In this document: one piece after another, positions 61,801 to 64,000 of the stretch | Layout of the letters: every line of letters starts with the position of its first letter | How positions within the stretch are numbered: the stretch's first letter is position 1 | Assembly: GCF_003918875.1 (NCBI RefSeq) | Contig: NW_025767273.1 | Span: 620,001-684,000, forward strand | Direction: 5' to 3' | DNA: 64,000 nt | Origin: Haliotis rubra | Lineage: Eukaryota | Notes under the pieces: model-generated | Seen by the model: only the letters and a program-made list of their open reading frames with translations | Databases searched by the model: none | What the model was told of the DNA's origin: nothing | Program-made: the position numbers and the translations under genes

Positions 61801-63015
61801 TCCGGTGCGTAATCGTCACCAACGGGTATATAGTCGGAACCGTCATTTACTATAAAATCTGGCTCACTCGCTGTTCTGGCATTAAAATCACCAAACAAAA
61901 TAAACTTACTGGCTTCCCCATAATCAAACAGTACTTGTAAAAGTTTATTTTCTAATATGTCTATGCCGTTGTCTTCTGACGCTGTATACTCAGGCGATCT
62001 TTCTGGGTGGATGTATACAAATCCAATAAATATGTGGAAGCGTGCAGAGTCATCTGTTAATTTGAAAAATAAACAGTTCTCCCAGTCCATACACTCTCTG
62101 AAAAAGAAGAAATATTCTTCCGAATAGAAACTGATATACCACCTGAATATCTGCCAACATTATGTCGCCTGGCGGCATTGCATACAAAATTATCAAAATT
62201 ACTGAATGTAGCGTCCAGGACGTGCTGTGCATCAGGACTCATTGTCTCAATACAACTGAATACATCATGAGATTCACAAAATGATATAAAGTCAGGATCT
62301 GATATTTTGGTGTTTATACCACAGATATTCCAAGTACAAAACTTAGATAATGTGAAATACTTATCTCATGATCTTTAATATAAAGAAGATTCATCAACGG
62401 GGCCACCGCCAATTTCCTATCTGGACCCTTGAGCAGACGACACATCGTGAGGGGAGTCAGCCTGGTGATGAGCAGACGACGTGTTGTGTGGGGAAGCAGC
62501 GGGCGGGGAATCAGAACGGTGATGAGCAGGTTGACTTCTGCTCGACCAATTACGGCGTCGGCCGATCTGACGGATATCTTTGTTATACTCATCGAAAACA
62601 AAAACATCACCGTCAATGACAAGCTTGTCATAGCTTAAAAAAGCTACCTTGCTCCCGTCCCTTGCCTGTTTCATAAAGGGAAATAACTGTTGTCTAATCC
62701 AGCGAATGTTTTCGGTAAAATCCTCTGAAACTTTATTGATGCCATCCCCCTTCAACTGACGTCTCCCCCGTTCCATAACAGATTCCTTATCTTTATAAAA
62801 TGTGAAACGGACAATGACTGGTCTGGTACCGGACTTGCTATGCAAGCGATGGGCGCAGTCAATGGGGAACAGATGGTGCATTAAGCATGTTCAGTTTATT
62901 TGAGAGAAAGTCTCTAGCTTTACTTTCAACTGTGTCCCATGTTTCACCCTGTTCTTCTGCAATGCCATGTATAATGACGTTATTACGTCTGGACTGGGCC
63001 TCTAACTTGTCTGTA
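58822..63015 (-). mobile_element. LINE (CR1/L2/RTE-X-like) truncated within ORF1, frameshifted
   Basis: ORF1: LEAQSRRNNVIIHG..AHRL..RPVIVRF. APE endonuclease: TWNICG, GDFNART, TVDY, SDH. RT: GVRQGCVISP, LFADD, YKYLG. AATAAA near the 3' end and apparent 14-bp TSD acaattgtagtatc. Confidence 0.92.
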
Positions 63016-64000
63016 ACAATTGTAGTATCCAGGGTAAGGATGATCTCCACACAATTGTAGTATCCAGTGTTAAAATGATCTCCACACAATTGTAGTATCC
63101 ATGGTAAGGATGATCTCCACACAATTGTAGTATCCAGTGTAAGAATGATCTCCACACAATTGTAGTATCCAGTGTTAAAATGATCTCCACAGAATTGTAG
63201 TATCCATGGTAAGGATGATCTCCACACAATTGTAGTATCCATGGTAAGGATGATCTCCACACAATTGTAGTATCCAGTGTAAGAATGATCTCCACACAAT
63301 TGTAGTATCCAGTGTTAAAATGATCTCCACAGAATTGTAGTATCCATGGTAAGGATGATCTCCACACAATTGTAGTATCCAGTGTTAAAATGATCTCCAC
63401 ACAATTGTAGTATCCATGGTAAGGATGATCTCCACACAATTGTAGTATCCAGTGTAAGAATGATCTCCACACAATTGTAGTATCCAGTGTTAAAATGATC
63501 TCCACAGAATTGTAGTATCCATGGTAAGGATGATCTCCACACAATTGTAGTATCCAGTGTAAGAATGATCTCCACACAATTGTAGTATCCAGTGTTAAAA
63601 TGATCTCCACACAATTGTAGTATCCAGTGTAAGAATGATCTCCACTGAATTGTAGTATCCAGTGTTAAAATGATCTCCACACAATTGTAGTATCCAGTGT
63701 TAGAATGATCTCCACAGAATTGTAGTATCCAGTGTTAAAATGATCTCCACACAATTATAGTACTCAGGGTAAGAATGATCTCCACTGAATTGTAGTATCC
63801 AGTGTAAGAATGATCTCCACACAATTGTAGTATCCAGTGTTAAAATGATCTCCACAGAATTGTAGTATCCATGGTAAGGATGATCTCCACACAATTGTAG
63901 TATCCATGGTAAGGATGATCTCCACACAATGCAGTATCCAGTGTAAGAATGATCTCCACACAATTGTAGTATCCAGTGTTAAAATGATCTCCACAGAATT
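63016..64000. repeat. 35-bp minisatellite, right array (runs off the window)
   Basis: Same unit backbone, with variants ccagtgttaaaatga, ccatggtaaggatga and ccagtgtaagaatga. Confidence 0.97.

Overview
Eukaryotic, intron-rich animal DNA. The SINE types and gene content suggest a mollusc, probably a gastropod such as abalone; this is inference. A 100-N scaffold gap lies at 46175-46274. Three spliced host genes can be reconstructed by hand. (1) A complete 8-exon tandem-repeat (two-CRD) galectin on + (6275-22552, 303 aa), plus one exon of an inverted galectin paralogue on - (1235-1323). (2) A 5'-incomplete divergent ionotropic glutamate receptor/IR-type gene on - (34661-45074, six in-frame exons). 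(3) The middle of a xanthine dehydrogenase/aldehyde oxidase-family gene on + (47609-57499, ten exons, with small indels). The rest is mobile and repetitive DNA. A structurally complete DIRS1-type tyrosine-recombinase retrotransposon (ITRs, ICR, gag, RT-RNaseH-methyltransferase, YR) sits in galectin intron 4. There are also three Tc1/mariner elements, several LINEs, Penelope, Academ and MULE remnants, four SINE-like families, MITEs and at least seven minisatellites. The most unusual observations are: a 59-bp minisatellite derived from a galectin exon plus its splice donor; a pseudoknot-forming head on a non-tRNA SINE-like repeat; a LINE that split a 35-bp array whose halves then homogenised differently; and a composite Nin+Meta-domain SINE. 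No clearly new protein-coding system was found. Most short ORFs in the supplied track are artefacts of repeats.
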